A DNA stretch of 64,000 bases from an uncultured Deinococcaceae bacterium (GTDB lineage Bacteria > Deinococcota > Deinococci > Deinococcales > Deinococcaceae): NCBI GenBank assembly GCA_964252075.1, contig CAXULY010000013.1:1-64000 (forward strand), read 5' to 3'. The notes under the pieces are model-generated. The model was not told the DNA's origin and ran no database searches. It saw only the letters and a program-made list of their open reading frames with translations. Made by a program: the position numbers and the translations under genes. Shown here piece after piece: positions 1-9,976 of this stretch. Position 1 is the first letter of the stretch. Each line of letters begins with the position of its first letter.

Positions 1-384
1 ATGAACCTGCCGCTGGTGGTGTGGATGATGCACAGCTACATGACCGAGATTCCCTTCGCGATCTTCGAGGCGGCGCAGGTGGACGGCGCGAGCACCGCCA
101 CGGAGTTCTTCAACATCGCGCTGCCGCTGTCCCTGCCGGGCATCAGCGCCACGGCGCTCCTCGCGATCATTTTCGCGTGGAACGAGGTGTTCTTCGCGCT
201 GAACCTCACGAGCGCGGACGCTGCACCGCTCAGCGTGTTCGTCAGTTCCTTCAAGACGGGCGAGGGCCTGTTCTGGGCGCAGTTGAGCGCCGCCGCAACC
301 CTCACGGTGTTCCCCGTGCTGATCTTCGGCTGGATCGCGCAGCGGCAACTGGTGCGCGGCCTGAGCTTCGGCGCGGTAAAGTAG
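1..384 (+). CDS. Carbohydrate (polyol) ABC transporter permease, 5'-partial
   Basis: EAA loop (FEAAQVDGAS), FAWNE motif, hydrophobic helices; upstream of polyol dehydrogenases. Confidence 0.85.
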   Translation: MNLPLVVWMMHSYMTEIPFAIFEAAQVDGASTATEFFNIALPLSLPGISATALLAIIFAWNEVFFALNLTSADAAPLSVFVSSFKTGEGLFWAQLSAAATLTVFPVLIFGWIAQRQLVRGLSFGAVK

Positions 385-536
385 GCGCGGCAACGGAAGC
401 GCCGAAACGGACAGGTTCCGCACTTGAGGAGGCCACGGGGCGCTGGAGGGCAACCAGCGCCCCGGGAGGACCCGCACGGCGGGCCGCGCCCACGTCCAAC
501 CCCACCCCCTTGTCCTCGTTGCATGGAGTTCCCGCT

Positions 537-2033
537 ATGGTCAAACTCACTTCGGCGGCGCTCGCCACCCTCGGCCCCACCGTGGCCGTGCCGCACTACG
601 ATCCGCAGCAGCTCACGCCAGGCATCGTGCACTTCGGCGTCGGGGGCTTTCACCGCGCCCACGAGGCCATGTACGTGGACCGCCTGCTGAACGCCGGAGG
701 GGAGCAGGCGTGGGGCATCTGCGGGGTGGGCGTGCTGCCCGGCGACGCCCGCATGCGCGACGCGCTCGCCGGGCAGGACCACCTGTACACCCTGCTCACC
801 AGGTCGCCCGAAGGGCACGCCGAGGCGCGCGTCATCGGCGCGATCACGTCCTTCCTGTTCTCTCCCGACGACCCGGAGGCGGTCATCGAGCGCCTCGCGG
901 CGCCCAGCACCCGCATCGTGTCCCTGACCGTCACGGAAGGCGGGTACAGCGTCAACAACGCCACCGGCGAGTTCGACCCGAGCGGCCCGGAGCTCCAGCA
1001 TGACCTGACGCCCGGCGCGACCCCCAGGACGGTGTTCGGCCTGATCACCGAGGGCCTCAGGCGCCGCCGCGCGCGCGGCGTGCCGCCCTTCACGGTCATG
1101 TCGTGCGACAACATGCAGCACAACGGCCACGTGGCGCGCCACGCCTTCACGGCCTTTGCGCGCCTGAAGGACCCCGAGCTGGGCGCCTGGATGGAGCGTG
1201 AGGTGGCCTTCCCGAACTCCATGGTGGACCGCATCACGCCCGTCACGACCGACCAGACCCGCCAGGACATTCAGGACGAGTACGGCATCGAGGACGCCTG
1301 GCCGGTCCTCGCGGAGCGCTTCACCCAGTGGGTGCTGGAGGACACCTTCACGCTGGGGCGGCCCCCGCTGGAGACGGTCGGCGTGCAGCTCGTCACGGAC
1401 GTCGAACCCTACGAACGCATGAAGCTGCGCCTGCTGAACGCCTCGCACCAGGCGATGGGCTACCTGGGCCTGCTGGCCGGGTACCAGTTCGTGCACGAGG
1501 CGTGCCAGCAGCCGCTGTTCGTGGCGTTCCTGCTGGGGTACATGACGCACGAGGCGACCCCCACCCTGCAGCCCGTGCCGGGCGTGGACCTCGCCGCGTA
1601 CCGCCAGGAACTCATCCAGCGCTTCGCGAGCACCGCCATTCAGGACACCCTGGCGCGCCTGATCGTGGACGCCAGCGAACGCATCCCGAAGTTCCTGCTG
1701 CCCGTCGTGCAGGACCAGCTCGCGGCGGGCGGGGAGATCGCGCACGCCGCGCTGGTGGTCGCGTCGTGGAGCGCCTACGTGGACGCTGTGCGCGCCGGGC
1801 GCTTCGGCGCGCTGCAGGACCCGCGCGCCGAGCAACTGATGCAGGCGGTGGCGCGCGAGGCCGAACAGCCCGGCGCCTTCCTGGACCAGCCGGAGATCTT
1901 CGGGGAGCTGGGCCAGAACGCCCGCTTCCGGGGCGCGTACCTTGCGGCGCGCGAGGCGCTGCGCCGGGATGGACCGCTCGCCACCATGCAGGCCCTCAAC
2001 AGCGGCCAGCAGACGCTCGCCTCCTCCAGCTGA
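537..2033 (+). CDS. Mannitol dehydrogenase family protein
   Basis: VHFGVGGFHRAH, SLTVTEGGY, SCDN, NSMVDRITP, KLRLLN motifs; start moved to ATG 537 after GGAG. Confidence 0.9.
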   Translation: MVKLTSAALATLGPTVAVPHYDPQQLTPGIVHFGVGGFHRAHEAMYVDRLLNAGGEQAWGICGVGVLPGDARMRDALAGQDHLYTLLTRSPEGHAEARVIGAITSFLFSPDDPEAVIERLAAPSTRIVSLTVTEGGYSVNNATGEFDPSGPELQHDLTPGATPRTVFGLITEGLRRRRARGVPPFTVMSCDNMQHNGHVARHAFTAFARLKDPELGAWMEREVAFPNSMVDRITPVTTDQTRQDIQDEYGIEDAWPVLAERFTQWVLEDTFTLGRPPLETVGVQLVTDVEPYERMKLRLLNASHQAMGYLGLLAGYQFVHEACQQPLFVAFLLGYMTHEATPTLQPVPGVDLAAYRQELIQRFASTAIQDTLARLIVDASERIPKFLLPVVQDQLAAGGEIAHAALVVASWSAYVDAVRAGRFGALQDPRAEQLMQAVAREAEQPGAFLDQPEIFGELGQNARFRGAYLAAREALRRDGPLATMQALNSGQQTLASSS

Positions 2034-2057
2034 ACGCCCCCACCCAGAAAGGCTCCC

Positions 2058-2822
2058 GTGACCCAGTCCCCCCCTTCCTCTATCCTCGACCTCTTCCGAC
2101 TGGACGGCCAGACCGCCGTCGTGACCGGCGCCGCGCAGGGCATCGGCTTCCAGATCGCGCGCGGACTCGCGCAGGCGGGCGCGCGCGTCATCATCGCGGA
2201 CCTGAACCCCGAGGTGGGCGAGGCCGCCGCCTCGGACGTCGGCGCCAGTTTCGAGCGCCTGGACGTCACGGACCCCGCCGCCGTGCGTGACCTCGCCGCG
2301 CGCCTGGGGCCCGTGGACGTGCTGGTGAACAACGCGGGCATCGTGCGCAACACGCCCGCCGAGGACACCAGCGACGACGACTGGCGCGCCGTCATCAACG
2401 TGAACCTCGACGGCGTGTACTGGTGCTGCCGGGAGTTCGGGCGCGCGATGCTCACGCGCGGGCGCGGCAGCATCGTGAATCAGGCGAGCATGAGCGGCCT
2501 GATCTCCAACCACCCGCAGCCGCAAGCGGCGTACAACGCCAGCAAGGCCGCCGTCATTCACCTCACGCGCTCCCTGGCGGGCGAGTGGGCGGCGCGCGGC
2601 GTGCGCGTGAACGCCATCGCGCCCGGCTACACCGCCACGCCCCTCACGAAGCGCGGCCTGGAAACCCCGGAGTGGCGCGAGACGTGGCTGGGCACCACCC
2701 CCATGGGGCGCCTCGCGGAGCCCGCCGAGATCGCCCCCGCCGCGTTATACCTCGCGTCCGCCGCGAGCAGCTTCGTGACGGGCCACACCCTCGTTGTGGA
2801 CGGCGGCTACACCGCATGGTGA
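2058..2822 (+). CDS. SDR family oxidoreductase (probably polyol/sugar)
   Basis: TGAAQGIG, NNAG, YNASK motifs. Confidence 0.9.
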   Translation: MTQSPPSSILDLFRLDGQTAVVTGAAQGIGFQIARGLAQAGARVIIADLNPEVGEAAASDVGASFERLDVTDPAAVRDLAARLGPVDVLVNNAGIVRNTPAEDTSDDDWRAVINVNLDGVYWCCREFGRAMLTRGRGSIVNQASMSGLISNHPQPQAAYNASKAAVIHLTRSLAGEWAARGVRVNAIAPGYTATPLTKRGLETPEWRETWLGTTPMGRLAEPAEIAPAALYLASAASSFVTGHTLVVDGGYTAW

Positions 2823-2835
2823 AAGGAGCGCAGTC

Positions 2836-3912
<1,077 letters not shown>

Positions 3913-3917
3913 AGATG

Positions 3918-3952
3918 GGGGAGAGGGGCGCCTCGGTGGGCGCCCCCTCTCT
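3918..3952. terminator. GC-rich hairpin between convergent genes
   Basis: Imperfect inverted repeat gagaggggcgcc...ggcgccccctctc. Confidence 0.5.
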
Positions 3953-5301
3953 CAGCTCTGCGCGAGGCGCGCCATGAACGCCGCGCCGAAGCGCACGCCG
4001 CGCGCGAAGTCCTCCACGCGGACGTTTTCGTTCGGGGAGTGCGCGCGCCCCCTCACGTTCCCGATGCCCATCGCGATCACCGGCACGCCCACGAACTTCG
4101 AGAAGGGGAACATAGGGCCGCTCCCGCCGCTCGACGGGTGCAGCACCGGCTCCGCGCCATACACCTCGCGCGCCACCGCCACCGCCACCTGCACGAAGGG
4201 GTCCTGCAGGTCGCTGCGCGCGGGGTGCTCGTGCGTCTCCAGCTCGATCACCTCCACGTCCGCGAGACCCTGCGCGTCCAGGTGCGCGCGCAGCAGCTCC
4301 ACCACCCGCGCGGGCTCCTGGTCCGGCACCAGCCGGAAATCCAGCTTCACGAAGCCCGAGGCGGGCAGCACCGTCTTGCTGCCCGCGCCCTGGTACCCGC
4401 CGGAGAAGCCGTTCACGTTCACGACCGGCTCGAAGTTCGTGCGGCGGTAGTACTCCGCGCCGCTCGCGCCGCCCAGGTACGACCGAACGCCGTACGCGCC
4501 TTGCAGCGCGGCGCTCTCGTCTGGGATGGTCCCCAGCGCCGCGAGGTCCGCCTCGGTGGGGGCGCGCACGTCGTCGTAGAAGCCGGGGATCAGCACGCGC
4601 CCGGTCTCGTCGCGCAGGCCCGCCACCGCCCGCGCGAGGCGCCACAGGGGGTTGTCCACCACCGCGCCGTTGCTGGAGTGCAGGTCCGCGTCCGCGACCG
4701 TGCAGCGCAGCTCCACGCACACGATGCCCTTCAGGCCCGCGTACAGCACGGGCCGCCCGGCGGGATCAATGGTGCCGAACTCCCACCAGCAGCCGTCCGC
4801 GCGCAGTTCCTCGGCGTGCTCCTCCACGAAGCGCTCCAGGGTGGGGCTGCCAACCTCCTCCTCGCCCTCGATCAGCCAGCGCACCCGAAGCGGCAGGGTG
4901 CCGCCGTGCTGCGCCTTCAGGGCGCGCAGCGCCGCCACGCGCGACACCAGCTCGCCCTTATCGTCGCTCGCGCCGCGCCCGAACAGCCGCCCGTCCCGCT
5001 CCGTGAGCGTGAACGGCGGGCTGTCCCACAGCTCCACGGGGTCCTCGGGCTGCACGTCGTAGTGGTTGTAGATCAGCAGGGTGCGCGGGCCGTCGCCCGC
5101 CTCCGCAACCAGCACGGGCGCGACCTCGCCGGGGTAGGCGCGCACGGTGAAGCCCTCGGCTTCCAGCAGGCGCGTCACGGCGTCGGCGGTTTCGGGCAGC
5201 ATGCGGCGCTGCGCGCTCACGGACTGCAGGGCCACCAGCGCTTCCAGATCGCGGCGGCCCTGCTCGATGAAGGGGGTGAAATCGAAGTCGGTTGCGCTCA
5301 C
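3952..5301 (-). CDS. M20/M25/M40 metallopeptidase
   Basis: YNHYDVQP, GRGASDDKG, EGEEEVGS, AHSPNE. Confidence 0.9.
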   Translation of the reverse strand: MSATDFDFTPFIEQGRRDLEALVALQSVSAQRRMLPETADAVTRLLEAEGFTVRAYPGEVAPVLVAEAGDGPRTLLIYNHYDVQPEDPVELWDSPPFTLTERDGRLFGRGASDDKGELVSRVAALRALKAQHGGTLPLRVRWLIEGEEEVGSPTLERFVEEHAEELRADGCWWEFGTIDPAGRPVLYAGLKGIVCVELRCTVADADLHSSNGAVVDNPLWRLARAVAGLRDETGRVLIPGFYDDVRAPTEADLAALGTIPDESAALQGAYGVRSYLGGASGAEYYRRTNFEPVVNVNGFSGGYQGAGSKTVLPASGFVKLDFRLVPDQEPARVVELLRAHLDAQGLADVEVIELETHEHPARSDLQDPFVQVAVAVAREVYGAEPVLHPSSGGSGPMFPFSKFVGVPVIAMGIGNVRGRAHSPNENVRVEDFARGVRFGAAFMARLAQS

Positions 5302-5330
5302 CCGGCGAGGCTAACACGCCCGCGCGGCGC

Positions 5331-5534
5331 TCAGCGGTGGTCGCCCTCGATCAGGCGCTCCAGGTCGTCGGCGGGGAGGGGCGCCTCGGTTGGGTCGGGC
5401 CGCTCGAAGGGCGTCTGCACGTCCAGGTTCTCGGGCGCGGGCCCGTTCTCCACGAATTCCTCCTCGTCCGGGAGGGTTTCGGGGACGGACGCGCCGGGCA
5501 TCAGGGGCGGATCGGGGCGTTCACGGTCGGTCAT
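5331..5534 (-). CDS. Small acidic, Pro-rich hypothetical protein
   Basis: 67-aa ORF with host-like codon use, upstream of and co-oriented with the M20 gene. Confidence 0.5.
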   Translation of the reverse strand: MTDRERPDPPLMPGASVPETLPDEEEFVENGPAPENLDVQTPFERPDPTEAPLPADDLERLIEGDHR

Positions 5535-5605
5535 GCCCGCAGTGTGCGGGGCGCGCGTGTGGTGAGGTTCAGCCACAGCTCAAGTGCGCTTGGGGAAGTC
5601 CCGCT

Positions 5606-5682
5606 GCATGACCTTGACCCGCCGTGCATACCGCGCTATTATTTCGTCATCACCGCCTGAGAGGGCGGGTTTTTTATTGGGT
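5606..5682 (+). repeat. Dispersed promoter-hairpin unit, copy 1
   Basis: TTGACC(5614-19), 17 bp, TATTAT(5637-42), 6 bp, ATCACCGCCTGAGAGGGCGGG-T6; four more copies in the window. Confidence 0.95.
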
Positions 5683-5689
5683 GATCCGA

Positions 5690-5717
5690 AGGGGGGCGGC
5701 TCTTGAGCCGCCCCCCT
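5690..5717. terminator. GC hairpin downstream of sufE
   Basis: aggggggcggc-tcttga-gccgcccccct inverted repeat. Confidence 0.6.
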
Positions 5718-5729
5718 CTCCCTTGGCGT

Positions 5730-6164
5730 TCAGCCCGCCGTCTGCTCGCGCACCTGGTTCTTCAAGCGACCCAGGATGGCGCCCATGCCGCGCAGGCGCA
5801 TGGGCGTGATGAGCTCCCCGAGGCCCATGTCCAGGTAGAAGGTATCCGGGAGGTTCAGCACCTGCTCGGGCGTCGCGTCCTTCAGGCCCTCACTCAGGAT
5901 GCCCGCGTACCCGCGCACGGTGGGCGCCTCCTCCGGCACCTTGAAGTACATGTTCACGTGTCCGCCGTCCACCTCCGTCACGAGGAAGAAGGGGCTGGCG
6001 CACTCCGGGACGGGCTGCATGAGTTCCGGGTGGTCGGCGTAGCGTTCGGGCAGGGCGGGCACCTTCTTGCTGTACTCCAGCAGGGCCTGCAACCTCAGGG
6101 GCTTCGGGGCTGAGCGGAACATCTTCACGATGTCCGCGAGCTTGTCGGGCAGGGCGTCGGTCAT
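5730..6164 (-). CDS. sufE: SufE family sulfur acceptor protein
   Basis: VPECASP conserved Cys, [15 protein letters not shown]; divergent from the sulfurtransferase. Confidence 0.85.
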   Translation of the reverse strand: MTDALPDKLADIVKMFRSAPKPLRLQALLEYSKKVPALPERYADHPELMQPVPECASPFFLVTEVDGGHVNMYFKVPEEAPTVRGYAGILSEGLKDATPEQVLNLPDTFYLDMGLGELITPMRLRGMGAILGRLKNQVREQTAG

Positions 6165-6215
6165 GCGGTTCACTGTAGCCCAGCGGTCGCGGCACCCATG
6201 GTGACCGGGGTCCAG

Positions 6216-6232
6216 TTGACCCAACAGGTCAA
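6216..6232. promoter_or_regulatory. Palindrome TTGACC-N5-GGTCAA, candidate operator
   Basis: Right arm lies 17 bp upstream of TACAAT (6250-55), the probable sseA -10. Confidence 0.5.
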
Positions 6233-6272
6233 TAAAGCGAAAATCCGGGTACAATCGCCTCTGGAGGCAACC

Positions 6273-7136
6273 ATGAGCTACGCCAAAGACGTGCTGGTAT
6301 CCACCGACTGGGTGGCCGAACACCTGCAGGACCCCACCGTCAAACTCATCGAGGTGGACGAGGACATCCTGCTTTACGACACCGGGCACATCCCCAGCGC
6401 CGACAAGATTGACTGGCAGCTGGACCTGTGGGACCCCGTCGAGCGCGAATTCATTCCCGCTGACGCCCTCTCCTCGCTGCTGGGCCGCCTGGGCGTCACG
6501 CCCGAGCAGACGCTTGTGCTGTACGGCGACAAGAGCAACTGGTGGGCGGCGTACGCCTACTGGTTCCTCACGTACAACGGCGTGAAGAACCTGAAGCTCA
6601 TGAACGGCGGGCGGCAGAAGTGGACCGCCGAGAACCGCCCCGTCACCACCGACGCCACCGAGGCGAGCGCCGCCGCGCCCTACCCGGGCCTCGCGCGCGA
6701 CGAGAGCCTGCGCGCGTACCGCGATCAGGTGAAGGCGCACATCGAGAAGGTCCGCGCGGGTCAGGGCGCCATGGTGGACGTGCGCAGCCCGGACGAGTTC
6801 TCCGGGAAGGTCACGCACATGCCGAACTACCCGCAGGAGGGCGTGCTGCGCGGCGGGCACATTCCCGGCGCGAGCAACATCCCCTGGGCGAAAGCCACGA
6901 ACGAGGACGGCACCTTCAAGAGCGCCGACGAGCTGCGCGCCCTGTACGAGGGGCAGGGCGTCACGAGCGATAAGGACGTCATCGCGTACTGCCGCATCGC
7001 GGAGCGCAGCAGCCACTCGTGGTTCGTGCTGCGCGAGCTGCTCGGCTACCCGAAGGTCGCGAATTACGACGGCAGCTGGACGGAGTGGGGCAACAGCGTC
7101 GGCGTGCCCATCGAGAAGACCTACACGGGCGAGTGA
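6273..7136 (+). CDS. sseA: Tandem-rhodanese sulfurtransferase (SseA/CysA type)
   Basis: GHIP twice, YCRIAERS active loop, [16 protein letters not shown]. Confidence 0.9.
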   Translation: MSYAKDVLVSTDWVAEHLQDPTVKLIEVDEDILLYDTGHIPSADKIDWQLDLWDPVEREFIPADALSSLLGRLGVTPEQTLVLYGDKSNWWAAYAYWFLTYNGVKNLKLMNGGRQKWTAENRPVTTDATEASAAAPYPGLARDESLRAYRDQVKAHIEKVRAGQGAMVDVRSPDEFSGKVTHMPNYPQEGVLRGGHIPGASNIPWAKATNEDGTFKSADELRALYEGQGVTSDKDVIAYCRIAERSSHSWFVLRELLGYPKVANYDGSWTEWGNSVGVPIEKTYTGE

Positions 7137-7149
7137 TCCGGGGGTCGTG

Positions 7150-7180
7150 AGGGGCGGGGCCGCGCGGCCCCGCCCCCTTT
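7150..7180 (+). terminator. Hairpin downstream of sseA
   Basis: ggggcggggcc-gcgc-ggccccgcccc followed by cttt. Confidence 0.6.
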
Positions 7181-7185
7181 CGCGT

Positions 7186-7263
7186 CACCCAATAAAAAAC
7201 CCGCCCTCTCAGGCGGTGATAAAGCCAATATAGCGTGGTATGCAGGCGGGGTCAAGGTCATGC
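7186..7263 (-). repeat. Dispersed promoter-hairpin unit, copy 2
   Basis: Minus strand: TTGACC(7255-50), 17 bp, TATATT(7232-27), 6 bp, ATCACCGCCTGAGAGGGCGGG-T6. Confidence 0.95.
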
Positions 7264-7668
7264 ACCGGGCCGCTCCAGCCAGCGCCCGGACGGCACCTCC
7301 ACACAGCCCGGCTGCGCCAGGCGCCCGGGCCGCGCGTAGAAGTACGTCCACGCGCTCAGCGGCCCCCCAGCAGTCTGGACCTCCACCATCCGGCGGTCGT
7401 ACAGGGGCGGCGTGAGGTTCAGGCCCTCCAGTTCGTCCAGCAGCGCCACCGCGCGCGGCCAGTCGGTGGGCGCGTACCCGTACACCACCCCGTGCACCCG
7501 CCCCCCGCCCACGAACACGCCGGGGTACGCCTCCGGCTCGAAATGCACCAGCCGCACGCCGTCCAGCCACGCGGGCTCGGCGCTGTACGCGCCGCCCGCG
7601 CGCGCCACCCCCTCGTTCCAGCCGCCGGGCAGCAGCGAGCCGTACACGAACACGCGCGTGAGGGTCAC
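7258..7668 (-). CDS. Gamma-glutamylcyclotransferase (AIG2-like) family protein
   Basis: VFVYGSL, YPG, LDELEG motifs; stop codon lies inside repeat copy 2. Confidence 0.8.
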   Translation of the reverse strand: MTLTRVFVYGSLLPGGWNEGVARAGGAYSAEPAWLDGVRLVHFEPEAYPGVFVGGGRVHGVVYGYAPTDWPRAVALLDELEGLNLTPPLYDRRMVEVQTAGGPLSAWTYFYARPGRLAQPGCVEVPSGRWLERPGA

Positions 7669-7720
7669 TCCCACAGCATAGGGGCCGCGCACCACGCGCG
7701 GCCCCTGCTGCCCAGCGGTC

Positions 7721-9976
7721 CTACTTGTGCAGGGCCGTGATGCCCGGCGAGAGCTGCACGATGCCCGCCACGCCGCCATCCGACACGGACGGCGAGGTCT
7801 CGCCCTTCGTGAAGGGCCCCAGGTTCATGTTGCTCGTCTTGCCGTTCTCCGTGACGGTCAGCTGCACGAAGGCCCGCTCGCCGTCCTGCAGGTCGCTCGT
7901 GGACAGCCCGATCAGGTACAGGCCCGGCTGGTAGGTGCCCCCCAGCGTGTAGCGTTCGCCGCCCGCGAGGCCCACGAAGGTGCCGCTCTGCGCGTCCGCC
8001 TGCCCCGCCACCACGAAGCCGTCCCCGCCCGGCTCCGCAATGGCGAGGTGAATGTTCGGGCTGGTGGTTGTCATCTGCACCGCGAAGGTCGTCTTGGGCA
8101 GCGGCACGGAGACCGTCGCGGGCTCGCCGAGCTTGACCGTCACGGTGCCCGTGGCGGTCAAGCGGTCCGCCGGGTTCAGCGTGCCGAGGTTGTCGCCGTC
8201 CAGCAGCGTCTCCGGCCCACCCACCAGCACCTGGTAGGTGCCCGGCGCGATGTTCAGGAACGCGGCCGTGCCATTTTGCGTGATGGGCTCAGGCTGAAGC
8301 CCCAGGCTGTACCCGGTGGTGGCGTGGTACGTGTGCTGGTCGTTCCTGAGGAACACGTCCGCCTGCGACACGGGCGCGCCACTGCCGCCCAGCACCGTGA
8401 CCAGCGCGGCGCTGCGCGTGCCGGGCAGCTGGGCCCCCAGGTTCAGGACCGCCTGCACGGCCTTCTGGGCGTTCGGGATGCGGTAGTTGGTGTACGCCTG
8501 CGTGCCCGCCGGGGCGGGCGTGGCGGTGTCGTACAGCAGGTCCTCGGCGGCGCCCGCACTCATGAACGCGCCGAACTTCTGGTGGTACGCGCCCTGCATG
8601 AGCGCCAGGATGCCCGCCGTGTACGGCGAGCTGGAGGACGTGCCGCCCGAGTAGGCGTAACCGGGGACGGGCGCCACGCCCAGCGGGCAGGCCACCGCGT
8701 CGTCGCACGCGGTGAAGTCCAGCGCGGCGCTCACCACGATGTTGTCGCCGGGCGCGCCGAAGCGCACGTAGGGCGCCACCTGACTGTCGTTCGAGAGGTG
8801 CCCGCCCGCGCCGGTGCTCGTCACGGCGAGGGTGCCGGGCACATCGGCGGGGTTGGACACCAGGGTGTCGCCGTTGTCGCCGGAGGACACCACGAACAGC
8901 GCGCTCTGCGCGAGCGCGTAATTGGTGGCGGCGTTAACGACCGGGGAGTTCGCCGCGCCGCCCAGCGAGTTGTTCAGGATGGTCGCGCCGTGCTGCACCG
9001 CCCACACGATCTCCACGGCGTACACGAGGTCCGAGGGCGAGCCGCTGTCGCTGAACAGCACCAGCGGCATGAGCTGCGCGTTGTACGCGGCGCCCAGGAT
9101 GCCCGCGCCGTTCGCGACCATGTTGCTGGCGTCCAGCGAGGCCTCACCGCCCGAGTTGTCGGGGGTGTTGTAGTTCACGCCCGGCTGCACGTTCGCCGCT
9201 ATGTTCCTGATGTCCTCGGTGGTGAGGGTCTTGGGTGGCGTGCACTTGCCGTTCACGAGGTTCTGCGCGTCCGGGTCCGGCACGTCCGCAGAGTTCGGGA
9301 TGGTGCAGTTCAGCCACGCGGAGAAGTCCAGGCCCGGCAGGATCTGGCCGTCGAAGTCCGGCGTGGGCGGCAGCGGCTCCGCGAAGTACGCGAGCATCAC
9401 GGGCTTCTTGGTGCCGCCGTCCGTGTAGCTGCCCGCGCCGACGCCCGCGCCCTTCAAGGCGTCCCAGGCGCCCGCGACGCTCATGCCTTCAGGCGGGTTG
9501 TTCTTGAGCGCCCACTGCTGCGGGAAGTACGGCACGGCGTTGGGGTCCGGGTTCGCGGTGATGCCCTGCGCGCGCGCGCCGGCACCGGGCACCGGACGCG
9601 CGATGTGCTGGGGGCGGGGCCGCAGGTAGTTGGGCTGCGCGAACGAGACGCCCGAAAAGCTCTGCAGGGCGTACAGCGCCTGCCCGACACTCAGCTGCTT
9701 CAGGGTCAGCAGGGCCGCGTGCAGTTCAGGGAGGCGCAGCGTCACCTGCGCGCCCGCGCGGCGCGCGGCGGCGTCCAGCGCCGCGTCGTCGCGGTACCCG
9801 ACGATGACCTGCCCGCTGGCGTACTGACCGTGGATGGGCAGGGCGGGCAGCGTCGCCGCCGTGTGGTAGGTGGGGCCGCTGGCCCCGGTGGACTTGAGGC
9901 CCTGGCTGCAGGCGCCCAGCAGCAGGGCGCCCAGACCGAGCAGAAGGGCGCGTGACTTCGCCGTGCGTGACTTCAC
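7721..9976 (-). CDS. Subtilase-superfamily lipoprotein protease with sedolisin-like catalytic motifs
   Basis: Lipobox LLGAC, propeptide YASGQVIVGY, QWAL, NNSLGG, APGDNI, GGTS; EASLD and SSGD in place of HGT and AAGN; GTG start overlaps upstream TGA. Confidence 0.8.
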   Translation of the reverse strand: MKSRTAKSRALLLGLGALLLGACSQGLKSTGASGPTYHTAATLPALPIHGQYASGQVIVGYRDDAALDAAARRAGAQVTLRLPELHAALLTLKQLSVGQALYALQSFSGVSFAQPNYLRPRPQHIARPVPGAGARAQGITANPDPNAVPYFPQQWALKNNPPEGMSVAGAWDALKGAGVGAGSYTDGGTKKPVMLAYFAEPLPPTPDFDGQILPGLDFSAWLNCTIPNSADVPDPDAQNLVNGKCTPPKTLTTEDIRNIAANVQPGVNYNTPDNSGGEASLDASNMVANGAGILGAAYNAQLMPLVLFSDSGSPSDLVYAVEIVWAVQHGATILNNSLGGAANSPVVNAATNYALAQSALFVVSSGDNGDTLVSNPADVPGTLAVTSTGAGGHLSNDSQVAPYVRFGAPGDNIVVSAALDFTACDDAVACPLGVAPVPGYAYSGGTSSSSPYTAGILALMQGAYHQKFGAFMSAGAAEDLLYDTATPAPAGTQAYTNYRIPNAQKAVQAVLNLGAQLPGTRSAALVTVLGGSGAPVSQADVFLRNDQHTYHATTGYSLGLQPEPITQNGTAAFLNIAPGTYQVLVGGPETLLDGDNLGTLNPADRLTATGTVTVKLGEPATVSVPLPKTTFAVQMTTTSPNIHLAIAEPGGDGFVVAGQADAQSGTFVGLAGGERYTLGGTYQPGLYLIGLSTSDLQDGERAFVQLTVTENGKTSNMNLGPFTKGETSPSVSDGGVAGIVQLSPGITALHK

